From Candidatus Poribacteria bacterium (GTDB taxonomy: Bacteria > Poribacteria > WGA-4E > PCPOR2b), in contig OZ240245.1 of assembly GCA_965198175.1 (NCBI GenBank), positions 4,768,001-4,832,000 on the forward strand: a stretch of 64,000 nt of DNA, read 5' to 3'. Position 1 is the first letter of the stretch; each line of letters starts with the position of its first letter. Positions 49,686 to 59,404 of this stretch are shown piece by piece. The translations under genes were made by a program, and so were the position numbers. Below the pieces are notes generated by a model. The model saw only the letters and a list, made by a program, of their open reading frames with translations. It was not told the origin of the DNA and did not search any database.

Positions 49686-52067
49686 TCATACAATCTTCAG
49701 CGTCTCACCCGGTCTTGTTTCGAATGTCTGACCGTTGAGGATGACTTTGGAAATCCCTGCCTTGGGCGGAACATGCAGGGTGACCCGCTTGGGTCTATGT
49801 CTGAATTGCGGAACAAACGATATCTCAAGGCTCGTGCCGTTCTCCACCAACTGGAACATCAGTGTCAGCGGACCGAACGTCGTTGGCATGTTCACGAACC
49901 GTGTTTGCTCTTCTTCTTTCAGCCAAGCCAAAGGACATAGCCGCAGAAGATGCAACTCCTCATCAGGTTTCAGAAGATCGTCTATCACAGCTAGCCTTGC
50001 CAAATATGCTGCCGGTGCCGCTGAGAAGACGTTACCAGTGACTCCGCCGCGCATTTCGCAGGAAATATATGTTTGGCGGGATAGGCCGCCGGCAAACAGA
50101 CTGTACATGCCCTCCAAGAACTTGGGTCTGTCACCAAGTTGATGCGAGTGGAATATATTCCAACTGTAGCAAGGCTCACACGTATTGGTTTCGTGGAGCA
50201 GACAGGCAGGGTCGGTAAAATACCCGCGATACAGATTGACCTCCGGGCGTTCGCGGAAAAACTGACAGGATGAGCGCATCAGAGGATCGTCAGCGTCCAT
50301 CAATCCGGTGTAGACCAAGAAAATGGGGCCATGAGCAAGATATATCATCTCATCGAAACGAGGTACAACACCGGAGAAAGCTCCCGGAACATAATGGTGT
50401 TCTTGACCGTTGCGGTCGGTCCAAACAGGGCTTTTCTCCGTATGCTCCCGTAGAGCTTTGACAAATACCCCCTTATAGTCCTCGGCTTCTTCAGCAAATT
50501 CCTGAGCACGGGGATGGTCGATCCGCTTTAGCAGGCGGACCGTGGTGGACAGTCCCAGATAACTCCAGCCATCTGCCCAGATAGATTGCATTTGCCGTTG
50601 AGTGTCCGTGTCCACACCCAAAGGCATGAGCCCTTCCACACCGCCGTGCCCGGTGATTCCACGGACATCACGGATGAACTCACATGCCTTTAAGATCGAG
50701 TCAAGCCAGTGATTGATAAAGTCTTTATCATCCGTGAGAAGCGCATGATTGGAAACCGTATGGAGAACCGCGCCATGGTCAGACATCCAATCGATGATGG
50801 CAATACTTTCAGGAGCACCGTAATACCCCGGATGGTAATCGTAGTAGTTGACGGCGTCCTCCGGATCATCTCTTCCGGTGCCCGGCGGCAAGCGAATCCC
50901 CTGCGATTCTTTAAGAATCTCTAAATGCTCTGCCACAAAGTCGTGATAGCCCATCACGTCGAGCAACATGTGGACGTAGAGTAACGTCGGCGTTGGCCAG
51001 AGCTGCTCGTAGTTCAACGTACCGGTGAGGAAGGTACAGTGCCCGGTCGTGGGATTCGTCTCCGTACATAGCTTCACAAACTTTACACTGTGCTCAATGG
51101 TGTCGTTCACGAGCTTCTCAGGCGTTACGATTTCTGCCGCGGTAGCAGGAACCTCCGACCAGTTTCGATTGCTCTCCACAAGGGCTCTGTCGTAACCGAG
51201 GTTTATTTCAGCGTCAAAATCGACTGGCTCTGTGGGTAGGAAAGGCAAGAGCAAATCGACGGACGCGCCCTTCTCCGACGGCATGTCCACAAAGAGTAAA
51301 TTGGATGGGTCACTCTCATCCTTAGGTAGAAAGCGGATATTACAGCTCTGAACACCGACAACGGCCAGGCGGATTCTCCCGTCCGGCTCGACCAGCCTGA
51401 AACCTTGCTCTGCCTCATCATCGGATGCTTCCATCCTCAGTTCCCGAGGATAAGCCAGGTGTTTCGGATTCACGTGGAGCACCCCGCCTCCTTCGCCGGA
51501 AAAAGTATGGCAGGCGTTGACGATTATCTGAAAACCGTATGTGTCAAATGGGCGCCCATCCACCACATCGTGAATCGACAGGCGAATCCAGCAGAAGAGC
51601 GGCTCAATCCCTGTCTCTACCTCTCCACCGCCGGAAACGTGGGCAAAGATTTCTTGGCGCAGCACCAGCCCTTCACGCCTCCACTCGCTCCACAGGAGGG
51701 GAGCTGGCGTTTTGTTCCAGCCCTGATTGCCGACTCGGGGCGCTCTGCCGGCATAGGGGAACGTCGTTTCTGCGTATCCATGTGTGGAGAGGTTTATCGC
51801 TCCCAATCCCAAATAAGGAGAGGGTGACGGTATGAAGGTGAGTTGTACGCCCTGACCGGCATACGGTTTGACGTACCGTTTCAACTGACCCACAGGGCTC
51901 ACCACCGGATGGGCGATAATCGCGCCGTCATAGACGACATTGAACCGGAAGAGATGTGAGGGCCACCCAATAGGCGTCCAAACATTTGTGATGTCCGGCC
52001 ACCAGTTACAGGCGATATCGGCGTTGGGCTCGACGGTGTCTCTATCTTCTGTATCGGTAATTTTCAT
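49686..52067 (-). CDS. Uncharacterised probable (alpha/alpha)6 glycosidase-like protein, copy A
   Basis: 793-aa ORF paralogous to 55529..57943; YEQLWP, SDHGA, W.DGW, EPCYSW motifs suggest a six-hairpin fold (inference). Confidence 0.55.
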   Translation of the reverse strand: MKITDTEDRDTVEPNADIACNWWPDITNVWTPIGWPSHLFRFNVVYDGAIIAHPVVSPVGQLKRYVKPYAGQGVQLTFIPSPSPYLGLGAINLSTHGYAETTFPYAGRAPRVGNQGWNKTPAPLLWSEWRREGLVLRQEIFAHVSGGGEVETGIEPLFCWIRLSIHDVVDGRPFDTYGFQIIVNACHTFSGEGGGVLHVNPKHLAYPRELRMEASDDEAEQGFRLVEPDGRIRLAVVGVQSCNIRFLPKDESDPSNLLFVDMPSEKGASVDLLLPFLPTEPVDFDAEINLGYDRALVESNRNWSEVPATAAEIVTPEKLVNDTIEHSVKFVKLCTETNPTTGHCTFLTGTLNYEQLWPTPTLLYVHMLLDVMGYHDFVAEHLEILKESQGIRLPPGTGRDDPEDAVNYYDYHPGYYGAPESIAIIDWMSDHGAVLHTVSNHALLTDDKDFINHWLDSILKACEFIRDVRGITGHGGVEGLMPLGVDTDTQRQMQSIWADGWSYLGLSTTVRLLKRIDHPRAQEFAEEAEDYKGVFVKALREHTEKSPVWTDRNGQEHHYVPGAFSGVVPRFDEMIYLAHGPIFLVYTGLMDADDPLMRSSCQFFRERPEVNLYRGYFTDPACLLHETNTCEPCYSWNIFHSHQLGDRPKFLEGMYSLFAGGLSRQTYISCEMRGGVTGNVFSAAPAAYLARLAVIDDLLKPDEELHLLRLCPLAWLKEEEQTRFVNMPTTFGPLTLMFQLVENGTSLEISFVPQFRHRPKRVTLHVPPKAGISKVILNGQTFETRPGETLKIV

Positions 52068-52198
52068 AACATGACTTCAAATTCTCATACAATTTCAGAG
52101 ATGAACCTTGTACAATTCCTACCGGTAATGCAGAAATTTACAAATGGACATATCGTTTCATATGACGCCTAGATGCTTCGAAGTTTGCTCCTTGCTAC

Positions 52199-52885
52199 TC
52201 ATCTATGACTGGTTTTGATCTTGCCCCAAGTGGTTGTCAGCTTTCCCTCTGGCTCAACAGCTTCACCCTTATCCAGCGGGATGCCCGGTCCAGCGACACG
52301 GACATTATCGAAGTAAACGTCTTCAGTGAATGTCGTGAAAGAAATGGTGCCATTCTCCCAACTCCCGTCTCTGATGACAAGCATCTTTTCACCATTCCAC
52401 CACGATTGGATCTCCTTCCCTTCGACGACCATCTTCAATTGATTCCATTCGTCTACTTTGGGAACTGGCCAGGCATCTCTTTGGGCTATACCTCTGTTCG
52501 CATTACAGTCCCAGCCAGTTGCGACGTAGACCATGATTTCTTTCTCGATCTCAGGATAGACCCACGTAAAGTAGCTCTCGCCCGTTTCGGGATTCAGCCG
52601 CGCACGGATGCCTCCCGGCCAATCATTAAGATTGGTGAGCTTCATGTCAACTTCGAATTCGTAGTCCGTCCATTCCACGCCACCTTCGTAATACAGAGCA
52701 GCCCCGCAAATCCCACTTCCACCTTTATACTTAAGTTCCCCGTTTTTGACCTTCCAATTTCCTGACTGAACCTTCCAGCCATCCAAATTGCCATCATCGA
52801 AATCATCAATAAACGCACGACTTGACGGCGCAGCAACATATAACAATAAGAGCGCCGAAATCATACCAACGGTCCCCTTCATCAT
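52199..52885 (-). CDS. Secreted DUF1080/ConA-like beta-sandwich protein with AVEP..KLTTTWGKIK tail, copy A
   Basis: Signal peptide, DDFDDG, WTDYEFEVD, YFDNVRV. Confidence 0.75.
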   Translation of the reverse strand: MMKGTVGMISALLLLYVAAPSSRAFIDDFDDGNLDGWKVQSGNWKVKNGELKYKGGSGICGAALYYEGGVEWTDYEFEVDMKLTNLNDWPGGIRARLNPETGESYFTWVYPEIEKEIMVYVATGWDCNANRGIAQRDAWPVPKVDEWNQLKMVVEGKEIQSWWNGEKMLVIRDGSWENGTISFTTFTEDVYFDNVRVAGPGIPLDKGEAVEPEGKLTTTWGKIKTSHR

Positions 52886-52922
52886 GCCTGCCTCCCAATG
52901 TAGAGGTATTGAGAATTTGAAA

Positions 52923-52989
52923 TGTCACGGTGTTAGAATTTAACGTTGTGAAACTCCCAGTATTATATTTTACCCTCGGATATTGTCAA
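52923..52989 (-). promoter_or_regulatory. Sigma70 promoter + operator-like inverted repeat, copy A
   Basis: TTGACA-16-TATAAT (52989-52962); tgtcac..gtta..taac..gtgaaa (52923-52953). Confidence 0.75.
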
Positions 52990-53096
52990 GAAACTAAGAC
53001 AGTATTAGGTGTTTAGGCACAAATTCTTACATAGCTTTCAAACGCCAATATTCGATGTTGAAGCTTCAGCCGGTGTAGAATGAAACCAGACATGCG

Positions 53097-54116
53097 CTAC
53101 GACTCCACTTCCTGGGCAATCACCAGCATGGTGTCTCCTTTCTTGACGGGCGCCTTATATGTCTGAAGCAGCAGATATCCGCTACGAGGCGCGTGAATTT
53201 CCAGCGGCGGACTGCCGACCCGGTCAAAATCGTAGAGCCGACCGACCCGTTGTCCCGTTTCCACTGGACTGCCGACCTTGTAGATTGGCTCGTAAACACC
53301 GGTGATTGGTGCCGGGATGTATTCGTCGAGGTTCGTCGCTGCCACGAGCTTGGGCGGCGTGCCCCGATACGGGTCAATCCGCTTAATCTCTCCGGGCAAG
53401 ATCTGGTAGTGATGCAGCACGTTTTTTATGCCTTGATAAGCGTGCTGCAAACCCTGATGCAAAACCCCGGCTGAATGCCCGAACTCGCCGCCGATAGTGA
53501 TTTTGCCCATGGCTTCCGCTTCATTGGTCAACAGCCCATTAGCCATCTCACTGGAATAGATCAGGATAAAGGGGGTATCGAACAAGCTGGCGACGCATTT
53601 CATCTCGGCGTATTGTTTGGGGTCGTCAATCTGGTGAAACGAGGAACACAGCGCAAACTCCGGCCCCTCGCCCGCTGCGTGAATGTCAAGCACAATATCG
53701 ACCCGCGGAAAAATTTTCGACGTGACAAAATGGGCAATTCGATACGTCAAGCTGCCTTTCGGATCGCCGGGGAAAGCACGGTTCATGTTCACGCCATCTC
53801 GCAGCGATTCGCGGGTGCCCGTTTCGCAGGCGGGCACGTTCAGGCGAGGAATCAGGATGACCCGTCCGCTCATCTCCGCTGGATCGAGTTCGTGCATCAG
53901 CCGCCAGACCGCAACCTGGCCCTCATACTCATTGCCATGAGTTCCGCCGAAACAGACGACACTTTTGCCCGGTCCTGCCGTGCCGTTAATCACCGTCATC
54001 GGAACCAAAGTATTGCCCCACGTCCCGTCGTAGTGAAAGCCGACTTCGTACATTGATTTCCCTAGTCGTTCAAAATCGATCACATTGGGATCGTGAATCG
54101 TTGTGACATCGTTCAT
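53097..54116 (-). CDS. Succinylglutamate desuccinylase/aspartoacylase (M14) family protein
   Basis: GGTHGNEYEG, NMNRAFPG, LDIHAA, EFG. Confidence 0.9.
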   Translation of the reverse strand: MNDVTTIHDPNVIDFERLGKSMYEVGFHYDGTWGNTLVPMTVINGTAGPGKSVVCFGGTHGNEYEGQVAVWRLMHELDPAEMSGRVILIPRLNVPACETGTRESLRDGVNMNRAFPGDPKGSLTYRIAHFVTSKIFPRVDIVLDIHAAGEGPEFALCSSFHQIDDPKQYAEMKCVASLFDTPFILIYSSEMANGLLTNEAEAMGKITIGGEFGHSAGVLHQGLQHAYQGIKNVLHHYQILPGEIKRIDPYRGTPPKLVAATNLDEYIPAPITGVYEPIYKVGSPVETGQRVGRLYDFDRVGSPPLEIHAPRSGYLLLQTYKAPVKKGDTMLVIAQEVES

Positions 54117-54205
54117 GTCTTGAATATCTCCTCATGGAAATCATCATGGGCTTAGGATGGGATGAATCATCACCCGACTTATGTTTTACGCATCACGTCT
54201 CACGC

Positions 54206-55380
54206 TCAGTTTACTCGATGCGCCTCAACGAATTCAACATCAACCTCCACACCGAGACCGGGGCCATCGGGAATTGACACCGTCCCGTCGTCGTTGAGCG
54301 TTAATGCACCGCCGCACACCCCGCGTGTGAGTTCGCTCTGGGCAACGTTGAACTCGACGAACTTCGCTCGTGGCAACATCGCGATTGGGTGGAGACTGTA
54401 CGCATGCAACAAGTCGGTCAGCCATGAGTGCGGCACCAGATCGAGGTTCGCCGCATCAACCATCTGAGCAACACGCTTGGCGACAGACAATCCGCCACAC
54501 CGGGGCAGGTTTGGTTGCACAATGTCTACGCAGCCCATGTCGATAAACCGCTGCAAGTCCCACACGGTGGCAACCTGTTCCCCCGAAGCGAGCGGTACTG
54601 GACTGTGCTTACGTACGTAGGCATGCTCATCAAAGCGTTCGGGGTGAATGAAATCCTCAACCCAGCCAGGCTTGTAAGGCGCGACCCGCTCGCAGAGCGC
54701 CAAGTTCTCCTCCCTACTCCGCAAACGATAGGGGTCTTTCCAGCCCGCACCGCACCAGCCCGGATCTATCAGTAAGTGCCTATCGGGTCCCATCACTTCG
54801 CGGATGGCGGCGAGGATTTCCACGTCGCGCCCTGGGTCTTCACCAAACACACCCCACCCGAATTTCACTGCGTGAAAGCCGCGCTCGATATAGCCACGAG
54901 CGGCTTCGGCGTTGGCTTCAGGCGCATCGCGGAAAAGCGTGGACGCGTACGCCACAACGCGATCACGACGTCGCCCGCCCAGCAACTGACACAGCGGCAT
55001 ATTCGCCCCTTGAGCACGAATCAACCAGAGGCAGTTGTCAATCGCGGAAATGCACTGCATTGCGATACCGCGACGACCATAATACGCGCTCCCGACGTAG
55101 AGCACTTCCCAGAGGCGTTCGACCTCAAGCACATCCTCGCCGATCAGCAGATCCCTCAAGGTGCGAAAGCCGAGTAGGCTCATGCCCTGTCCTGAAATAA
55201 CTGAAACCGCTGCTGGTGCAAGCGTTTCGGCGTCTGACCAACCCCTCACTCCCTCGTCAGTGCTGACCTTGACGAGCATCTGCCAGTCGCCCTGATCGAC
55301 CGCCTCGCCATCATCGGTGGATGTTTGGTACACGTCTGACTGCCCTTAAGCAAGATGGCTTCAACATCGTTAATTTTCAT
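54206..55380 (-). pseudogene. Mandelate racemase/muconate lactonizing (enolase superfamily) gene with a 5' frameshift
   Basis: ATG at 55380 (MKINDVEAILL) is out of frame by a 2-nt insertion at ~55332; body has STDEG, SAIDNCLW, AVKFG, SGEQ, PGLGVE. Confidence 0.78.
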
Positions 55381-55528
55381 TACATGACTTCAAATTCCCA
55401 TACTATTTGAGAGAAGAATCTTGTACAATTTCTACCGGTGATGTAGAAATTTACAAATGGATTAATTGTTTAATATGACGCCCAGATGCTTCGAAGTTCG
55501 CTCGATGCTATTCATCTATGACCGACCT

Positions 55529-57943
55529 TCATAGGATTTTCAGCGTTTCACCCGGTCTTGTTTCGAATGTCTTGCCGTTGATGATGACTTTGGACATCCC
55601 TGCCTTCGGTGGAACATGGAGGGTGACCCGCTTGGGTTTATGTCTGAACCGCGGAACAAACGATACCTCAAGGCTTGTGCCGTTCTCCACCAACTGGAAC
55701 ATCAGTGTCAGGGGGCCGAACGTCGTTGGCATGTTCACGAACCGTGTTTGCTCTTCTTCTTTCAGCCAAGCCAAAGGACATAGTCGTAGAAGATGCAACT
55801 CCTCATCGGGTTTCAGAAGATCGTCTATCACAGCCAGCCTTGCCAAATATGCCGCCGGCGCTGCTGAGAAAACGTTGCCGGTGACTCCTCCACGCATTTC
55901 GCAGGAGATATAGGTCTGACGCGATAGACCGCTGGCAAACAGACTGTACATGCCCTCCAAGAATCGGGGCCTGTCGCCCAGTTGATGCGAGTGGAATATG
56001 TTCCAACTGTAGCAAGGCTCGCACGTATTCGTTTCGAAAATCAGGCAAGGCGGCTGAGTGTAGTATCCACGGTACAAATCGACCGCCTGTCGCTCACGGA
56101 AGAACTGGCACATTGACCGCATCAAAGGATGGTCTGCCTCCATCAGTCCGGCAAAGACCAAGAACAGCGGGCCGGTATCCAGATAGATCATCTCGTCGAA
56201 ATGGGGCACTGCGCCGGCAAAGGCGCCCGGAACGTAGTGATGTGCTTGACCCGCGCTGTCGGTCCATACAGGACTTTTCTCCGTATGCTCCCGTAAAGCT
56301 TTGACAAATACATCCTTATAGTCCTCGGCTTCTTCGGCAAATTCGTGAGCACGGGGATGGTCGATCCGCTTTAGCAAACGGACCGCGGTGGTGAGCCCCA
56401 GATAACACCAACCATCTGCCCAGATAGATTGCATCTGCCGTTGGCTGTCTGTGTCCACTCCCATCGGCAAGAGTCCTTCCACGCCGCCGTGTCCGGTAAT
56501 CGCACGGGCATCATGGATGAACTCACATGCCTTTAAGATCGAGTCAAGCCAGAAATTGATGAAGCCCTGGTCGGCTGTCAGGAGACCATGATTGCAGACC
56601 GTATGAAGGATCGCTCCATGATCGGACATCCAATCGATGACGGCAACACTTTTCGGAGCGCACAAGTAGCCCGGATGGTAATCGTAGTAGTTGACGGCGT
56701 TCTCCGAATCAGCTCTTCCAGTGCCCGGCGGCAAGCGGGTCCCCTGCGATTCCTTGAGGACCTCTAGATGTTCTGCGACAAAGTCGTGATAGCCCATCAC
56801 GTCAAGCAACATGTGGACGTAAAGCAATGTCGGCGTGGGCCAGAGCTGCTCGTAGTTTAGCGTACCGGTGAGAAAGGTACATCGCCCGGTTGTGGGATTC
56901 GTCTCCGTACATAGCTTCACAAACTTTACACTGTGGTGAATTGAGTGGTTGACCAACTTCTCAGGCGTCTCGATTTTTGCCGCAGTGGCAGGAACCTCCG
57001 ACCAGTATCGATTGCTCTCCACAAGGGCTCCGTCATAACCGAGGTTTATTTCAGCGTCAAAATCGACTGGAGCTGTCGGTAGGAAAGGCAGAAGCAAATC
57101 CAGATGCGCACCCTTCTGCGCCGGCATGCCTACAAAGAGCAGGTTGGACTGATCTTGCTCATTTCTGGGTAGAAAGCGGACATCACAGTTCTGCCCACTC
57201 ACAACCGTCAGGCGGATTCTCCCGTCCGGCTCTACGAGCCTGAAACCTCGCTCTTCCTCATCCCCAGCAGCATCCATCCTCAGTTCTCGAGGATAAGCCA
57301 GCTGCTTCGGATTCACGTGGAGGATCCCTCCTGCTCCGGATAAGGTATGGCTGGCGTTGAGAATTATCAGAAAACCGTATGTCTCAAACGGGTTCTGATC
57401 AGCCACATCGTGAATTGACAGGCGAATCCAGCAGAAAAGCGGCTCAATCCCTGTCTCTACTTCTCCACCGCCGGGAACGTGGGCAAAGATTTCTTGGCGC
57501 AGCACCAGCCCTTCACGTCTCCACTCGCTCCACAGAAGCGGAGCCGGTGTTTCGTTCCAGCCCTGGTTGCCGAGTTGAGGCGCTCTGCCGGCATACGGAA
57601 ACGTCGTTTCTGCGTATCCATGTGTGGAGAGGTTTATCGCTCCCAATCCCAAACTAGGAGAGGGCAACGGTATGAAGGTGAGTTGTACGCCCTGACCGGC
57701 ATACGGTTTGACGTGCGGTTTCAACTGGCCCACAGGGCTCACCACCGGATGGGCGATGATCGCACCGTCATAGACGACATTGAACCGGAACAGATGTGAG
57801 GGCCACCCAATAGGCGTCCAAACATTTGTGATGTCCGGCCACCAGTTACAGGCGATATCGGCATTGGGCTCGACGGTTTCTCTATCCTCTGGACTGCCGT
57901 CCGCTGCGAATCCGGACACCTGGTCTGGGTATACGTTTCTCAC
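55529..57943 (-). CDS. Uncharacterised probable (alpha/alpha)6 glycosidase-like protein, copy B
   Basis: RBS aaggag before GTG 57943; paralog of 49686..52067. Confidence 0.6.
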   Translation of the reverse strand: MRNVYPDQVSGFAADGSPEDRETVEPNADIACNWWPDITNVWTPIGWPSHLFRFNVVYDGAIIAHPVVSPVGQLKPHVKPYAGQGVQLTFIPLPSPSLGLGAINLSTHGYAETTFPYAGRAPQLGNQGWNETPAPLLWSEWRREGLVLRQEIFAHVPGGGEVETGIEPLFCWIRLSIHDVADQNPFETYGFLIILNASHTLSGAGGILHVNPKQLAYPRELRMDAAGDEEERGFRLVEPDGRIRLTVVSGQNCDVRFLPRNEQDQSNLLFVGMPAQKGAHLDLLLPFLPTAPVDFDAEINLGYDGALVESNRYWSEVPATAAKIETPEKLVNHSIHHSVKFVKLCTETNPTTGRCTFLTGTLNYEQLWPTPTLLYVHMLLDVMGYHDFVAEHLEVLKESQGTRLPPGTGRADSENAVNYYDYHPGYLCAPKSVAVIDWMSDHGAILHTVCNHGLLTADQGFINFWLDSILKACEFIHDARAITGHGGVEGLLPMGVDTDSQRQMQSIWADGWCYLGLTTAVRLLKRIDHPRAHEFAEEAEDYKDVFVKALREHTEKSPVWTDSAGQAHHYVPGAFAGAVPHFDEMIYLDTGPLFLVFAGLMEADHPLMRSMCQFFRERQAVDLYRGYYTQPPCLIFETNTCEPCYSWNIFHSHQLGDRPRFLEGMYSLFASGLSRQTYISCEMRGGVTGNVFSAAPAAYLARLAVIDDLLKPDEELHLLRLCPLAWLKEEEQTRFVNMPTTFGPLTLMFQLVENGTSLEVSFVPRFRHKPKRVTLHVPPKAGMSKVIINGKTFETRPGETLKIL

Positions 57944-58217
57944 GGTTGATTCTCCTTGTGCGGGACATCCGGCATCTTGGGCCGCTCTCTGTCCGGGAAA
58001 CTGTGAAAGCAAAGGCACGCGTCTCACCGGCAGGACTCGACACGGGAGTCCATGGTTGCGGCAGGCGTTCTAAAAACCGGTCGGCGTAAGAACCCTTACC
58101 TCTCCGCTCAATATCGCCGTCTCGCCAGTCGTCAGGGAATGAAACGTGCCGGTTGGTGGGAAAGATGAAGGGGGATACTAAGCGCGTGAGGAAGCTTCGG
58201 AGTTGGCTCGCTACTAT

Positions 58218-58901
58218 TTACCTATGACTGGATTTGAGCTTGCCCCAAGTGGTTGTCAACTTCCCTTCCGGCTCAACAGCTTCGCCCTTATCCAGCGGGA
58301 TGCCCGGTCCAGCGACACGGACATTATCGAAGAAAACATCTTCAGTGAACGTCGTGAAAGAAATGGTGCCCTTCTCCCAAGCCTTGTGTTCGATGGAAAG
58401 GAATTCCTCGCCATTCCACCACGATTGGATCTTCTTCCCTTCGACGACCATTTTCAATTGACCCCATTCACCTAATTCGGGAGGTTCCCAGGCATCTCTT
58501 TGGGCTATACCTCTGTTGTTATTACAGTTCCAGGCATCTGCGACGTAGACCATAATTGCGGTCTGAACTGGATAGACCCAGGTAAAGTAGCTCGCGCCCG
58601 TGTCCGGATTCACCCGCGCACGGATGCCGCCCGGCCAATCATTACGAGTGGTGAGCTTCATGTCAACTTCGAATTCGTAGTCCGTCCATTCTACGCCATC
58701 TTCGTAATACAGAGAAGCCCCACAAATTCCACTCCCGCCCTTATACTTAAGTTCCCCGCCTTTGACCTCCCAATCTCCTGACTGCACCTCCCAGCCATCC
58801 AAATTGCCATCATCGAAATCATCAATAAACGCACGGCTTGATGGCGCGGTGGCACATAACAAAAAGAGCGCCGAAAGCATACCAACGGTTCCCTTCATCA
58901 T
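58218..58901 (-). CDS. Secreted DUF1080/ConA-like protein with AVEP..KLTTTWGKLK tail, copy B
   Basis: Paralog of 52199..52885. Confidence 0.75.
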   Translation of the reverse strand: MMKGTVGMLSALFLLCATAPSSRAFIDDFDDGNLDGWEVQSGDWEVKGGELKYKGGSGICGASLYYEDGVEWTDYEFEVDMKLTTRNDWPGGIRARVNPDTGASYFTWVYPVQTAIMVYVADAWNCNNNRGIAQRDAWEPPELGEWGQLKMVVEGKKIQSWWNGEEFLSIEHKAWEKGTISFTTFTEDVFFDNVRVAGPGIPLDKGEAVEPEGKLTTTWGKLKSSHR

Positions 58902-58938
58902 CGCTACTTCCTATAATAGAGGTATTGAGAATTTTAGA

Positions 58939-59006
58939 TTTCACGGCGTTAACATTTAACGATGTGAAACTCTCAGTATTATACTGGTACCCTCGGAGAT
59001 TGTCAA
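58939..59006 (-). promoter_or_regulatory. Consensus sigma70 promoter + operator-like inverted repeat, copy B
   Basis: TTGACA-17-TATAAT (59006-58978); tttcac-gg-cgttaa-cat-ttaacg-at-gtgaaa (58939-58969). Confidence 0.8.
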
Positions 59007-59404
59007 GAAACTAAGACCTGGACACAGAATTAAGTGTCTGGACACAAATTCTAACATGACATTCAAACGTCAATATTCTGCAGCACGGGCTCGGTCAGCA
59101 CACAGCCAACAGACACGCGCCGCATGACGTACTCGGCCGAATCGATGTCGTTGAAATTCACCTCATGGATTTGCCGCGGAATGCTCTGCGAGTTGCCGGC
59201 CGACAGCGGTAGGAAGGGATAATCGCGTCGAAGTTCTTGGCGTAAAGCGAAAAACTGTGCTATGATTTGCCATGTCGATACCTCCACCTCCTCTCTGATG
59301 AGCAAAATAAACGCATCACTATGCCTATTGGCCACTTCTGCCAGAAAGAGATTCATACAATCGGCTCCCATCGAAGGGCGAATCAGAAAATCACTGACCG
59401 ATCA

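Noticed and set aside
57944..58027. 28-aa N-terminal extension of copy B
   Set aside because: A strong RBS aaggag precedes GTG 57943
59063..59371. 102-aa minus-strand ORF or possible gene remnant at the duplication edge
   Set aside because: No recognisable family; cannot be supported without a search
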